A DNA stretch of 64,000 nucleotides. Origin: Burkholderiaceae bacterium. Its GTDB lineage: Bacteria; Pseudomonadota; Gammaproteobacteria; Burkholderiales; Burkholderiaceae_C. The stretch lies in the NCBI GenBank assembly GCA_046289925.1, contig JBKBUN010000001.1, positions 10,199 through 74,198 of the forward strand, written 5' to 3'. The position numbers and the translations under genes are program-made. This document shows positions 10,079 through 22,300 of the stretch, piece after piece. Position 1 is the first letter of the stretch, and each line of letters begins with the position of its first letter. The notes under the pieces were generated by a model that was not told the origin of the DNA, searched no databases, and was given only the letters and a program-made list of their open reading frames with translations.

Positions 10079-10150
10079 CCGTTCGGGCTGAGCTTGTCGA
10101 AGCCGTGGCGAGATGTGGGTTCTAAGCCCTTCGACAAGCTCAGGGCAAAC
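10079..10150. repeat. REP-like inverted repeat pair
   Basis: CTGAGCTTGTCGAAG ... CTTCGACAAGCTCAG perfect 15-bp inverted repeat in an intergenic gap. Confidence 0.75.
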
Positions 10151-10188
10151 AGGGTGGATGACAGGGTGGATGGACAGTGGGCGCAGGC

Positions 10189-10626
10189 TTACTGCACGCG
10201 CACCCAGGTCTGCGTGCGGCCGAAGGGACCGATCGAGCCCCGGACTTCGAGTTTTTTGCCGCCCTCGATGGGCGTCAGGCGCAGGCTGTAGTTGCGGCCG
10301 TTCTCAGGATCGAGAATCTTGCCGCCTTCCCACACATCCTTGCCTTCGGCTTTCTTCGCGCCGCGGATGATCTCCAGGCCCAGCAGCGGCTTGCCCTTGC
10401 GGTCGTCTGAGCATTCCGTGCAAACATCGTCGGGCTTGGCGTTGGCCGTGAGCCGGCGCTCGAGCACGCCGTTGAGCACACCGCCGCCCACATCGCGGAT
10501 GCGGATCTCGGCCTTGGCCTCACCGGTCTTGTCGTCCACATTGCGCCACAGGCCTTCTGGCGTGGTGTTCGCCGCAGCCGAGGCCACCACCCCGCCCAGC
10601 ACCACGCCGGCCAGCATCTGTCTCAT
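10189..10626 (-). CDS. DUF2147 family exported protein
   Basis: Signal peptide; PEGLWRNVDDKTG, WEGGKILDPENG, GRTQTWVR; AGGAGG RBS. Confidence 0.88.
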   Translation of the reverse strand: MRQMLAGVVLGGVVASAAANTTPEGLWRNVDDKTGEAKAEIRIRDVGGGVLNGVLERRLTANAKPDDVCTECSDDRKGKPLLGLEIIRGAKKAEGKDVWEGGKILDPENGRNYSLRLTPIEGGKKLEVRGSIGPFGRTQTWVRVQ

Positions 10627-10712
10627 GGGAACCTCCTGAAAGAATGTCAGGCAGACAAAAAAAGCAGTGCACCGTGCGGGGCTGCGCCAAAGCGCCGCCC
10701 CGCGCGCGGGCA

Positions 10713-12509
10713 TCAGGCCAGGGCCTGTTCGGTCTCCATCAGCACCTTACTGCCGGCGCGGGCGGTGCGCATCAGCGTCTGCACTTCCGGGAACAGCTTG
10801 GCAAAGTAGAAGCGCGCGGTCTGCAGCTTGGCCTGATAGAACGGGTCGGTGCTGCCAGCCGCAATCTGGCGCAGGGCCACCTGGGCCATACGGGCAAAGA
10901 AGTAACCGAACACCAGATGGCCGGCCACGCGCAGATAGTCCACTGCGGCAGCGCCCACTTCGTCGGGGTTTTGCATGCCCTTGAAGCCGATTTCGGTCGT
11001 GAACTTGGTCATCTGCTCCGCCAGCATGGCCACCGGATTGATGAACTCGGCCATCTTCTCGTTCACGCCTTCTTCTTCGACCAGCTGGCCCACCAGCTTG
11101 CCAAACTTCTTGAGCGTTGCGCCGTTGTTGGCCAGCACCTTGCGGCCCAACAGATCCAGCGACTGGATGGTGTTGGTGCCTTCATAGATCATGTTGATGC
11201 GCGCGTCGCGCACGAACTGCTCCATGCCCCACTCCTTGATGAAGCCATGGCCGCCGAACACCTGCTGGCACATCACGGTGGCCTGCCAGCCGTTGTCGGT
11301 GAGGAAGGCCTTGACGATGGGCGTGAGCAGGGCCAGCAGTTCGGCCGAGTCCTGGCGCACCTTCTCGTCGGGGTGGTTGAGTTCCTTGTCCAGCAGCAGC
11401 GCGCAGTAGCAGGCCAGGGCGCGGCCGCCTTCGGCGTAGGCCTTGGCAGTCAGCAGCATCTTGCGCACGTCGGGGTGCACGATGATCGGGTCGGCAGGCT
11501 TGTCCTTGGCCTTGACGCCCGAGAGGCTGCGCATCTGCAGCCGGTCTTTGGCGTAGGCCAGGGCGTTCTGGTAGGCGACCTCGGTCAAGCCCAGCGACTG
11601 GTTGCCCACCCCCAGACGGGCGGCGTTCATCATCACAAACATCGCAGCCAGACCCTTGTGCGGCTGGCCCACCAGCGTGCCTACGGCACCGTCCAGAATC
11701 ATCTGGCAGGTGGCGTTGCCGTGGATGCCCATCTTGTGCTCCAGCCCCCCGCAGTAGATCGGGTTGCGCTCGCCAATAGAGCCGTCGGCCTTCACAAGGA
11801 ACTTTGGCACGATGAACAGGCTGATGCCCTTGCTGCCGGCAGGCGCATCGGGCAGGCGGGCCAGCACCAGGTGCACGATGTTGGCGGCCAAGTCGTGTTC
11901 ACCGGCGCTGATGAAGATCTTCTGGCCAGTGAGCTTGTAAGTGCCGTCGGCCTGCGGCTCGGCCTTGGTGCGCAGCATGCCCAGGTCGGTACCACAATGG
12001 GGCTCGGTCAGGCACATGGTGCCGGTCCACTCGCCGCTGGTCAGCTTGGGCAGATACAGCTTCTTCTGCTCTTCGGTGCCGTGGGCATGCAGGCACTCAT
12101 AGGCACCGTGGCTCAGGCCTGGGTACATGGTCCAGGCCTGGTTGGCCGAGTTCAGCATTTCGTAGAAGCACTGGTTGACTACGAAGGGCAGCCCCTGTCC
12201 GCCGTACGCCGGATCGCACGACAGCGCGGGCCAGCCCCCCTCGACGTACTTGGCATAGGCTTCCTTGAACCCTGTAGGCGTCTTGACCTCATGCGTGGTC
12301 TTGTCGAGCTTGCAGCCCTCGGTGTCGCCCGAGATGTTCAGCGGGAAGGCCACTTCGGCGGCGAACTTGCCGCCCTCTTCGAGCACGGCGTTGATGGTGT
12401 CCACATCCACCTCGGCATGGGCCGGCAGGGCTTTGTACTCATCGGCCACGTTCAGCACTTCGTGCATCACGAACTGCATGTCGCGCAGCGGCGGCGTATA
12501 GGTGGGCAT
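10713..12509 (-). CDS. Acyl-CoA dehydrogenase (long form with C-terminal extension)
   Basis: GTMCLTEPHCGTDL, GQKIFIS, FGGHGFI, IYEGTN. Confidence 0.95.
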   Translation of the reverse strand: MPTYTPPLRDMQFVMHEVLNVADEYKALPAHAEVDVDTINAVLEEGGKFAAEVAFPLNISGDTEGCKLDKTTHEVKTPTGFKEAYAKYVEGGWPALSCDPAYGGQGLPFVVNQCFYEMLNSANQAWTMYPGLSHGAYECLHAHGTEEQKKLYLPKLTSGEWTGTMCLTEPHCGTDLGMLRTKAEPQADGTYKLTGQKIFISAGEHDLAANIVHLVLARLPDAPAGSKGISLFIVPKFLVKADGSIGERNPIYCGGLEHKMGIHGNATCQMILDGAVGTLVGQPHKGLAAMFVMMNAARLGVGNQSLGLTEVAYQNALAYAKDRLQMRSLSGVKAKDKPADPIIVHPDVRKMLLTAKAYAEGGRALACYCALLLDKELNHPDEKVRQDSAELLALLTPIVKAFLTDNGWQATVMCQQVFGGHGFIKEWGMEQFVRDARINMIYEGTNTIQSLDLLGRKVLANNGATLKKFGKLVGQLVEEEGVNEKMAEFINPVAMLAEQMTKFTTEIGFKGMQNPDEVGAAAVDYLRVAGHLVFGYFFARMAQVALRQIAAGSTDPFYQAKLQTARFYFAKLFPEVQTLMRTARAGSKVLMETEQALA

Positions 12510-12513
12510 GGGT

Positions 12514-13221
12514 TTACTCCTTGGTACGGGTTGGGGTTGGAACAGGTTTGGCTGCAGCCGCATCTGAAGCGCTGTAGCGAGCCAGAATGTTGTGAAAGCC
12601 CGTCACGGCGCGCTGGAGCGAGCCAGGGTTTTGCAGGAAACGGGCTTCGTAGTGCAGGGCCAGGATGAGGCCGTGGATCTCGAAGAGCATCTGCTCCTCG
12701 TCCACGTCGGCGCGCAATTCGCCGCGCTCCTTGCACTGCTGGATGGCGCGCCGCATGGCGGCATGCCAGGTCAGGACCGAGCTGGCCAGCGCATCGCGCA
12801 CAGGTCCGGTGCGGTCGTCGAATTCCACCGCGCCGCTGATGTAAATGCAGCCCGAGTCGATCTCGATCGAGGTGCGCTTCATCCAGTTGTCAAACAAGGC
12901 GCGCAGACGGGCCACGCCGCGCGGCGCGGTCATGGCGGGGTAAAAGACTTCCTGCTCGAAGCGGGTGTGGTACTCGCGGATCACCGAGATCTGCAGTTCC
13001 TCACGCGAGCCAAAGTGGGCGAACACACCCGACTTGCTCATACCCGTGACGTCGGCCAGCGCCCCGATGGACAGGCCCTCAAGCCCGATGTGCGTGGCCA
13101 AGCCCAGCGCCGCCTCGACAATCGCGGCCTTGGTCTGCTGGCCTTTTTGCAGCGCACGGCCACTGGCGGCACGGGCGCGGGGCGCACGGGTGGCGGAGCG
13201 GGTTTCGGTGGTGGCGGGCAT
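12514..13221 (-). CDS. TetR-family regulator, probable FadP-type repressor of fatty acid degradation
   Basis: HTH GMSKSGVFAHFGSREEL; heads the beta-oxidation operon; palindrome upstream. Confidence 0.88.
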   Translation of the reverse strand: MPATTETRSATRAPRARAASGRALQKGQQTKAAIVEAALGLATHIGLEGLSIGALADVTGMSKSGVFAHFGSREELQISVIREYHTRFEQEVFYPAMTAPRGVARLRALFDNWMKRTSIEIDSGCIYISGAVEFDDRTGPVRDALASSVLTWHAAMRRAIQQCKERGELRADVDEEQMLFEIHGLILALHYEARFLQNPGSLQRAVTGFHNILARYSASDAAAAKPVPTPTRTKE

Positions 13222-13230
13222 GCGCAAATA

Positions 13231-13248
13231 AAAACGAACGTTCGTTTT
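13231..13248. promoter_or_regulatory. Palindromic TetR operator
   Basis: AAAACGAACGTTCGTTTT perfect 18-bp palindrome about 10 bp upstream of the TetR start. Confidence 0.8.
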
Positions 13249-13364
13249 ATTTTGCAGCAATTTGCCCAAGAGGCCCAAAGCCCCCACAAGAATAGGGAGC
13301 GCACCCCAAACGGATTTTGCAGTGCAGCACCGCGCCCAGGCACCGCCGCACACCCGCTCGCGGC

Positions 13365-14033
13365 TTACAGCAGGCGCGCCAGACAGGCGTCGAGTTGCTC
13401 GGTGGGCAGGCGGCGAAAGCCCGATCGCACAAACCGCAACAGCCGCCCTTGGGCAAAGGCGGCCAAGGTGCCCGCTGCCACCTGCGCATCCACAGTGGGG
13501 GTGGCCGAGCCCTGGGCCAGCACCACCGGCCGCAGGCACTGGCGCAGCACCGATTCCATGCGGTCGAAGAACTGCGTCATGCGCTGCTGCAGGCGCTCGT
13601 GCTCCAGCAGCAGGGCGTCGCCGACCATCACGCGCACCATGCCGGGATTGCGCTCGCCAAATTGCAGCAACACGGTCACCACACGGGCCGCCTGGCGTGT
13701 GCCCTGCCCAGCGTCCAGCGCCTCGGCGGCATCGCCCTCGGGGCGCTGCGTGATCTGCTGCACCAGGCCCCAGACCGACTGCTCTATGAAATCCAGCAGC
13801 GCCTCGAACATCTGCGCCTTGCTCGCAAAGTGGCGGTACAGCGCGGCCTCGCTCACTTCCAGCCGCGCGGCCAGCGCCGCGGTGGTGATGCGCTCGGCCC
13901 CGGGGGCTTCGAGCATTTGTGCCAGTGTCTGCAGAATCTGGGTACGCCGCTCGCCGGGCCGCGGGCGCTTGCGCACGGCCTCGGGTGCAGGGGCTTCAGG
14001 CGCGGGCAGGGTATCGGGCGGTGTGTCAGACAT
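13365..14033 (-). CDS. slmA: Nucleoid occlusion factor SlmA
   Basis: RITTAALAARLEVSEAALYRHFASKAQMFE; synteny with argB. Confidence 0.9.
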   Translation of the reverse strand: MSDTPPDTLPAPEAPAPEAVRKRPRPGERRTQILQTLAQMLEAPGAERITTAALAARLEVSEAALYRHFASKAQMFEALLDFIEQSVWGLVQQITQRPEGDAAEALDAGQGTRQAARVVTVLLQFGERNPGMVRVMVGDALLLEHERLQQRMTQFFDRMESVLRQCLRPVVLAQGSATPTVDAQVAAGTLAAFAQGRLLRFVRSGFRRLPTEQLDACLARLL

Positions 14034-14132
14034 GACGGGTGGGGCTTGCACAAGGGCCGAAAGGGGCGCACGCAGCGGGCAGCCCCCGGCGCACGGCATG
14101 CGCAAAATTCTCGCACAGCCCCTGCCCCGCGC

Positions 14133-15671
14133 TCAGGAGGGGAAGGTGACCGTGACCACCAACCCACGCCCATGCACGCCCGTGCCGAGCGTGAGTGACG
14201 CCCGGTGCACGCGCGCAATCTCGTCGGCAATGGCCAGGCCCAGACCTGTGCCTTCGCCCACCGTGCCAGGCACGCGGTAGAAACGTTGCATCACCCGGCT
14301 GCGCTCGGCTTCGGGCACGCCAGGGCCGTCGTCCTCGACCTGCAAAAACGCCCGCGGCGGGCCCGCGCGCCCTGGGCGCAGCCCGCAGCGGATGGTGACC
14401 ACGCCGCCGGCCGGGGTGTACTTGATGGCGTTGTCCACCAGGTTCGACAGCAGCTCGCGCAGCAGCCAGCCGTGGCCGGTGACATGCACGGGTGCCACCT
14501 CCAGGCCCAGGTCCAGCCCCTTGCCCGTGGCCGGGTCCAGAAAGGTTTCGAGCAGGGCTTCGCACAGGTCTTTCAGGTCCACGCGCTGCGGCGGCTGGGC
14601 GTCCAGGCTGCGCGCGTCGGCCCGCGACAGCGCCAGAAGCTGGTGCGCCAGCTGCGAGGTGCGACGCGTTGCGTTGCGCAGTTTCTCGATCTGATCTGCT
14701 CCTAAAACAATAGCATCTTGTGGTTTACTTTGCTGGACCAGAGCTGGTTTTGGCTCTGAGCCTGTAGTCCCAGGCCGCGGGGCGGGCTTGGAGGCCTTGG
14801 CCATCATGGCCCAGGCTTCCACCTGCGCCTGCAAGCCGGCCAGCGGAGTGCGCAGCTGGTGCGCGGCATCGGCCACAAAGCGGCGCTGCCCTTCGGCCTG
14901 GGCGTTGACGAGCGCAAACAGCCGGTTCAGCGACTGCACCAGCGGACGCACCTCGGCGGGCGAGGTGGCTTCGTCGATGGGGCTCAAGTCGCGGGGCGAG
15001 CGGTGCTCTACGGCCTCGGCCAATTCCACCAGGGGCCTAAACGCCCGGCCCACCGCCCAGTGGATGGCCAGCGCCGCTGCGGCCACCAAGATCAGGTTGG
15101 GCAGCAGCACGCGCAACAACAGCTGCTGCGCCCACTGCTGGCGGGGGTCCGAGCCGTCGGCCAGCGCCACGACCAGCTCCCCAGCGCCCGTACGGCCACG
15201 CTGCACGGCCACGCGGTAGGTCACACCGCCGAACTCGACGCTGTGGAACTCGGGCACCTGGGTGGTGGGCACGAAGCTGTGCAGCCAGGGCTCTCCGAGC
15301 AGCAGCTTGCCGTGGGTGTCGCGCACGCTGTAGGCCGAGTAGCCTGGGTTGGTGCGCAGAAAATCCTCGATCGGCGGGGCCAACAGCAGCGGCGGGGCCT
15401 CGTTCTCACGCAGCGGCGGGGCCAGCACCGAATCGGCCAGCGCGGGCAGCAGGCGCAGCAGGCGCTGGTCGTGCTGGCTGGCCGCCTCATCGGCCGATCG
15501 GTAGTCGATGGCCACCGCCACCAGCGCCAGCAGGCACAGCGGCACCACCAGCATCAGCAACAAGCGGTTGCGCAGGTCGGCTGTCATGGCCCGCAGCCCG
15601 GGCTGCCGCCAGTGGAAGCGGTCGGGCGCGGCGGGCGCCGGGGGAATGTCTGCTGGCGGAGGGGCCGACAT
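14133..15671 (-). CDS. Sensor histidine kinase (TctE/QseC-like)
   Basis: Two TM segments, H-box ADAAHQLRTPL, N-box NLVDNAIKY, G boxes DDGPG/GTGLGL. Confidence 0.93.
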   Translation of the reverse strand: MSAPPPADIPPAPAAPDRFHWRQPGLRAMTADLRNRLLLMLVVPLCLLALVAVAIDYRSADEAASQHDQRLLRLLPALADSVLAPPLRENEAPPLLLAPPIEDFLRTNPGYSAYSVRDTHGKLLLGEPWLHSFVPTTQVPEFHSVEFGGVTYRVAVQRGRTGAGELVVALADGSDPRQQWAQQLLLRVLLPNLILVAAAALAIHWAVGRAFRPLVELAEAVEHRSPRDLSPIDEATSPAEVRPLVQSLNRLFALVNAQAEGQRRFVADAAHQLRTPLAGLQAQVEAWAMMAKASKPAPRPGTTGSEPKPALVQQSKPQDAIVLGADQIEKLRNATRRTSQLAHQLLALSRADARSLDAQPPQRVDLKDLCEALLETFLDPATGKGLDLGLEVAPVHVTGHGWLLRELLSNLVDNAIKYTPAGGVVTIRCGLRPGRAGPPRAFLQVEDDGPGVPEAERSRVMQRFYRVPGTVGEGTGLGLAIADEIARVHRASLTLGTGVHGRGLVVTVTFPS

Positions 15672-15748
15672 GGCAGAGTGGGCGTCTGGCCAGGCGAGGG
15701 ATGCAGGAGAACCAGGACGCCGCGCGGGCCGGTTGGGGACGCGGGCGC

Positions 15749-16441
15749 CTAGGGCGCCTGCAGCTCCAGGCGATAGCCAAAGCCGCGAATGGACCGCAGC
15801 GCCACGCCATGGGGTTCGAGCTTGCCGCGCAGGCGCGACACATACACCTCGACCGCGTTGGGCGTGATCTCCTTGTCCCAGCCGGTCAGGGCTTGCAGCA
15901 GCTTGTCTTTGCTGGCCGGCTTGGGCGCGTGGATCAGCAGGTATTCGAGTACCGTCCACTCGCGCGGGCCCAGGTCGATGTTCTGCGTGCCCGCCGGGGT
16001 GCGCACGCTGGCACGGCGGCCCGCGGTGTCGAGCTCCAGCGGCCCAAAGCTCAGCACCGCCGACGTGGCCGCCTGCGAGCGGCGCAGCAGCGCGCGCAGC
16101 CGGGCCAGCAGCTCGGGCAGCTCGTAGGGCTTGACCATGTAGTCGTCGGCGCCGAGGTCCAGGCCCTGCACACGGTCGTGCAGCGCGTCGCGCGCGGTCA
16201 GGATCAGCACCGGCATGGACGGGTTGGCCATGTCGGGACGGCGCAGGCGGCGGGTAAGCTCCAGCCCGTCCATCAGCGGCAGGCCAATGTCGATGATCGC
16301 AGCGTCAAACGACTCGGTGCGCAACACCTCTTCGGCACGCTCGCCGCTGCCCACCCAATCGACCGCGTATCCGGCGTCCGACAGGCCGAGCTTGATGCCG
16401 CTGGCCAGCATCACATCGTCTTCCACCAGAAGCAGGCGCAT
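15749..16441 (-). CDS. OmpR-family response regulator
   Basis: MRLLLVEDD, DIGLP, GADDYMVKP, winged helix IRGFGYRL. Confidence 0.94.
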   Translation of the reverse strand: MRLLLVEDDVMLASGIKLGLSDAGYAVDWVGSGERAEEVLRTESFDAAIIDIGLPLMDGLELTRRLRRPDMANPSMPVLILTARDALHDRVQGLDLGADDYMVKPYELPELLARLRALLRRSQAATSAVLSFGPLELDTAGRRASVRTPAGTQNIDLGPREWTVLEYLLIHAPKPASKDKLLQALTGWDKEITPNAVEVYVSRLRGKLEPHGVALRSIRGFGYRLELQAP

Positions 16442-16461
16442 GGGCGTTGCGTCCGTAGCGG

Positions 16462-18540
<2,079 letters not shown>

Positions 18541-18544
<4 letters not shown>

Positions 18545-19329
18545 CGGGCGTCGATCCTAGAGGCAGGCCGACCCGGCTGCGTGAGCAACTGTTGCGCACG
18601 CACAAATGCCGGGGAGCGCCACAGCCGCCACAGACTCTGCAAATGCCAGACCAGATGGCGCAGATTGCGCGAACTGGCCCGCCGCCCGGTGTGCACCACC
18701 TGTACCGCCGAACGGCGCAGCTCCAGCCCGCGCAAACGCAGACGGGCACACAGGTCCACATCCTCGCAATACATGAAGTAACGCTCGTCGAAGCCGCCGA
18801 CCGCCTCCCACACCGGCCGGGCCAGCACCAGACATGCCGCGTTCACCCAGTCCACCCGCTGGGTTTCGGCCTGGCGCTGCACGCGGCGTTTCCATAAGGC
18901 CGAAGGCGTTGGCCAATGGCGCTCGCTGGCCTGCACGCGACCCTGAGCATCGGTCTGCAGCGGGTAGGCGCACCCCACCGCAGGTTGCAGCGCATCCCGG
19001 CACAACGTGGCAAACGGCGCATCCCCCAGCCACTCCACATCGGGGTTGAGCACACAGACGCAATCTTCCTGGGCCCCTCGCAACGCTTTGTTGTGATTGA
19101 CACCGAATCCCAACGCTTGGGGGTTGCGCACCACCTGGAGCACAAACGGCCAGCCCCCCTCGGGAGCCTTGGGTTCGCTCTCGGGCAGATTCTGCGTCAG
19201 CACCACACGGCGCACCACATGCGCAGACGGCTGCGCCAGCGCCCCAAGCAGGCGCTGAACGTCGCGCCCGTGCCCATGGCTGACCACGGACACCACAAGC
19301 GACGGAGGATCCGTGGCGACTCGCAACAT
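18541..19329 (-). CDS. GT2 glycosyltransferase (WbbL-like rhamnosyltransferase)
   Basis: VSVVSHGHG, GFGVNHN, LNPD, GFDERYFMYCEDVDLC. Confidence 0.88.
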
Positions 19330-19390
19330 AGCCGGCTATTGTCACCCACTCCCCGATAAGCGCCCAGAGGCGCGCCGTCATAATCCGCGG

Positions 19391-22300
19391 ATGACCGAGA
19401 AGAACGATACGCTGCATGTGTACGAGCGCTCCATCCGCGACGGCGAACGCACCTCGCTGTCGGTGATCGGGTCGCTGGCCCGCCCCGGGGCGCGCGTGCT
19501 GGACCTGGGCTGCGGCAGCGGATCGCTGGGACGCTACCTGGCCGAAACCAAGCGCTGCGTGGTCGATGGCCTGACGCTCAACGAGGCGGAAGCCGCCCTG
19601 GCCCGCCCCTACTACCGCCGCGTGGAAGTGGCCGACCTTGAAACCGCCGACCTGCTGGGGCTGTTCGGCGCAGGCCAGTACGACCACATCGTGTGCGCCG
19701 ATGTGCTGGAGCACCTGCGCCGCCCCGAGACCCTCCTGAACGCCTGCGAGGCGCTGCTTGCGCCGGGCGGGCGGCTGTTGTATTCGATTCCCAACGCCGC
19801 CTACAGCGGCCTGATTGCCGAACTCATGCAAGGCGAGATCCGGTACCGACCGGAAGGCCTGCTCGATGCCACCCATCTGCGCTTTTTTACGCGCCGCTCG
19901 CTCTGGCGCTTTTTTGGCCACGCGCGCTGGCAGATCGAGGCCATGGAAACCATCGAGCGCGCACTGCCAGAGTCCGAATTCCGCTCGGCCTTCGACGCCC
20001 TACCGCCTGCTGTGGCCCGCTACCTATTGGGCGCCCCCGATGCGCTGACCTACCAACTGGTCGGCAGCGCCTACCCGCACCCCCAGCCGCAACTGCCGCC
20101 AGAGGCCACCCAGGCCCTGCCCGAAGCCGCCGCCCGCTTCACCTGCGAGCTGTACCTGCGCCGAAGCGGCGTATATGCAGAAGCCCGCAAACGCACCCAG
20201 AGCGGTGTCGTGGGCCTGGGCCGTCAAACCCTGCGCTTTGCGCTAGACGCAGGCCTCGATGGTCTGCGGCTTGATCTGGCCGACCGCCCGGGCTTCATGC
20301 ACCTGTTTGCGCTGCGCCTGCTGGCTGCAGACGGCAGCCTGACCTGGGAATGGGACGCACGCAGCGATGCCGGTGATCTGCTGCAACGCTGCGCCCATCA
20401 CCACCTGGTGAGCGCAGCACCGCAACCAAGCGTATTCGACGGCATCATGCTGCTGCTCAGTGGTGACGACCCGTGGCTCGAACTGCCCGTGCCGCCCTCA
20501 GTGTGGCATGGCAGTGCGCTGGCGCAAGGCGGCACCCTCGAAGTCGACCTGGGTTGGCCCATGTCGGCCGACTACCTGGCCCTGAGCCAAAGCGTGCGCC
20601 CCCTGCAAGAAGCGCTGCGACACACCCGCGAGCAGGCAACCCAAGAGCGCGAACAGTTGCAGGCCCGACTGGCAGACACCGCTGCAGCCCTTGCGCTGGC
20701 CCGCCAGCGCGCCGACGGACTCGAAGCCACCAACCTCACGCTCAACCGCGAACGCGCACAGCTGCAAGACGCCACGCGCCGCATACAGCAAGACTTTGAC
20801 GCCTTAGCCCAGCACCTGCGCACCATCGAGAACTCCACCGTGTTCCGCGCAACACGCCCCATCGTCCACGCCAAGATGCGGATAGACCGCTGGCTCGGGC
20901 GCGGTACTGCGCCCGCATCCACCACGACACCCCCCCCCACACCCACCCCCATCACACCGCCCGCGCAGCCGGTGGACGTGATCGTGCCTGTGTACCGGGG
21001 CCTGGAAGACACGCGCCGCTGCATTGAATCGGTGCTCTCCAGCTCCTGCCACACCGACTACCGGCTCGTGGTCATCAACGATGCAAGCCCAGAGCCCGAA
21101 GTGACCGCCTGGCTGCGCGAACGCGCAGCGACCGACGCACGCATCACCCTGCTGGAAAACGAGCACAACCTGGGCTTCGTGGGCACCGTCAACCGCGGTA
21201 TGGCCCTGAACGCAGACCATGACGTGCTGCTGCTCAACAGCGACACCGAAGTGGCCAACGACTGGCTCGACCGCATTCGCCGCGCCGCCTACGCCGACCG
21301 GCGCATCGCATCGGTCACGCCGTTTTCCAACAACGCCACCATCTGCAGCTACCCGCGCTTTTGCGCCGACAACGCGTTGCCGTCCGGCTACGACACCGCC
21401 CGACTCGATGCACTGTGCCGCGACACCTTGGCCGGTCAGGCGGTGGATGTGCCCACGGGCGTCGGCTTTTGCATGTACCTGCGGCGCGATGCGCTGTCCG
21501 ATGTCGGCCTGTTCGACACCGAGCATTTCGGCAAAGGTTATGGCGAAGAAAACGACTTTTGCCAGCGCGCCGCCAACCGAGGCTGGCGCAATCTGCACCT
21601 GCTCGACACCTTTGTGCTGCACACGGGCGGCGTCAGTTTCGGAGCCAGCAAGAGTCCGCGCGAAATCGCCGCCATGGAAACCCTGCGCCGCCTGCACCCG
21701 GGCTACGAACCGGCCGTGCACCGCTTCGTGCAGGAAGACCCGGCCCGCGAGGCACGGCTGCAACTCGACCTCGCGCGCATGCGGGCCTCAGGCCTGCCCG
21801 TTGTGCTGGCCGTGCTGCACGACCGCGGGGGCGGCACGCTGCGCCATGTGCGCGAGCTGGCCGCCCAGCTGGCCGACCGGTGCACCACGCTCACGCTCAG
21901 CCCGCGCCCCCAGCGCTGTGTTGCACTGAAGTGGGCGGGCGAGCAGGAAGCCTTTGAACTGCTGTTCCGCTTGGACGACCAGTGGGACGACCTGCTGGCC
22001 ACTCTGCGCGCCGTGGGCGTGCGGCACGTTCACTACCACCACTTGCTGGGCCACGAGGCACCCATGCTTTCGCTGGCGGCTCAGTTGGGCGTGCGTTACG
22101 ACTTCACGGCGCACGACTACTACAGCTTCTGCACCCGTATCTCAATGACGGGCAACGACAACCGATTCCAGGGCGAGCCCGTACCCGGCCTGTGCGCCTG
22201 CTGCCAACCGCACGACCAGGCGCCCGATGGCGGCACGGTAGAGGCGTGGCGCAACCGCCACCGCGACTTCCTGCGATCGGCTCGCTATGTCATTGCACCG

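Noticed and set aside
4511-12668. Long plus-strand ORFs (902, 990 and 674 aa)
   Set aside because: Antisense to well-supported beta-oxidation genes
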